Under the pieces are notes generated by a model, which did not search any database, had not been told where the DNA came from, and saw nothing but the letters and a program-made list of their open reading frames with translations. A stretch of DNA of 46,493 nt, from the IMG/VR virus record IMGVR_UViG_3300046059_000016, positions 1-46,493 of that record, one strand, 5' to 3'. This DNA is from a virus (lineage: Duplodnaviria; Caudoviricetes). Numbering within the stretch: the first letter of the stretch is position 1; each line of letters opens with the position of its first letter. Below are positions 46,439 through 46,493 of the stretch, in pieces. The position numbers were made by a program, and so were the translations under genes.

Positions 46439-46493
46439 TTGACATCCTCCCCGCTCTGAAGGGCGAGGATTCCTCCGCTTGGGGTCGGGCCGT
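46439..46493 (-). mobile_element. IS200/IS605-family right end
   Basis: Minus strand: GAAT guide, CCTCGCCC TTCA GAGCGGGG hairpin, ending AGGATG-TCAA, the typical right-end cleavage tetranucleotide. Confidence 0.9.

Larger units (their letters stand above)
1..46493. mobile_element. Haloarchaeal tailed virus (Caudoviricetes, siphovirus-like) genome, circular, opened within an IS element
   Basis: Full head-tail module in canonical order, no sheath gene seen, acidic proteome, archaeal PCNA/Hjc; the two window ends join in frame across IS ends. Confidence 0.92.

Noticed and set aside
1-46493. Integrase, DNA polymerase, methyltransferase, inteins, tail sheath
   Set aside because: No diagnostic motifs recognised by eye; divergent versions cannot be excluded without profile searches

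Overview
The window looks like the essentially complete circular genome (~46.4 kb) of a tailed, siphovirus-like haloarchaeal virus. Evidence: very acidic proteins, archaeal TATA promoters, GGTGAT Shine-Dalgarno sites, an archaeal PCNA and an Hjc-like resolvase. The circle is opened inside an IS200/IS605-family element whose two ends form the window ends; removing them rejoins a 62-aa Zn-finger gene in frame. Nearly all genes are on the minus strand. Early/middle genes (46296-40386 and 8058-80) include a TopoVI-A/Spo11-like protein, Hjc, DUF4326, ASCH, a PD-(D/E)xK nuclease, PCNA and many Zn-finger microproteins. The morphogenesis module (39833-9277) runs terminase small and large subunits, HNH, a portal with a long fusion, MuF, protease/scaffold, major capsid, neck, tail tube, chaperone, tape measure and tail-tip proteins. 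I recognised no integrase, polymerase, helicase, primase or methyltransferase. The most striking non-coding signals are: (i) a repeated, covarying hairpin element CA(C/T)CGGA.(T/A)TCCA(C/T)C...GGTGGAACGGT in 4-6 intergenic copies; (ii) a ~280-nt structured RNA with its own promoter-like motif directly upstream of the nuclease gene; (iii) a conserved CCAGCG(T/G)GATGC box at fixed spacing from TATA in front of late genes; (iv) a dif-like 11-6-11 site; (v) a plus-strand island with a candidate origin inside the tail operon. All product calls come from motif recognition and synteny by eye; no searches were run.
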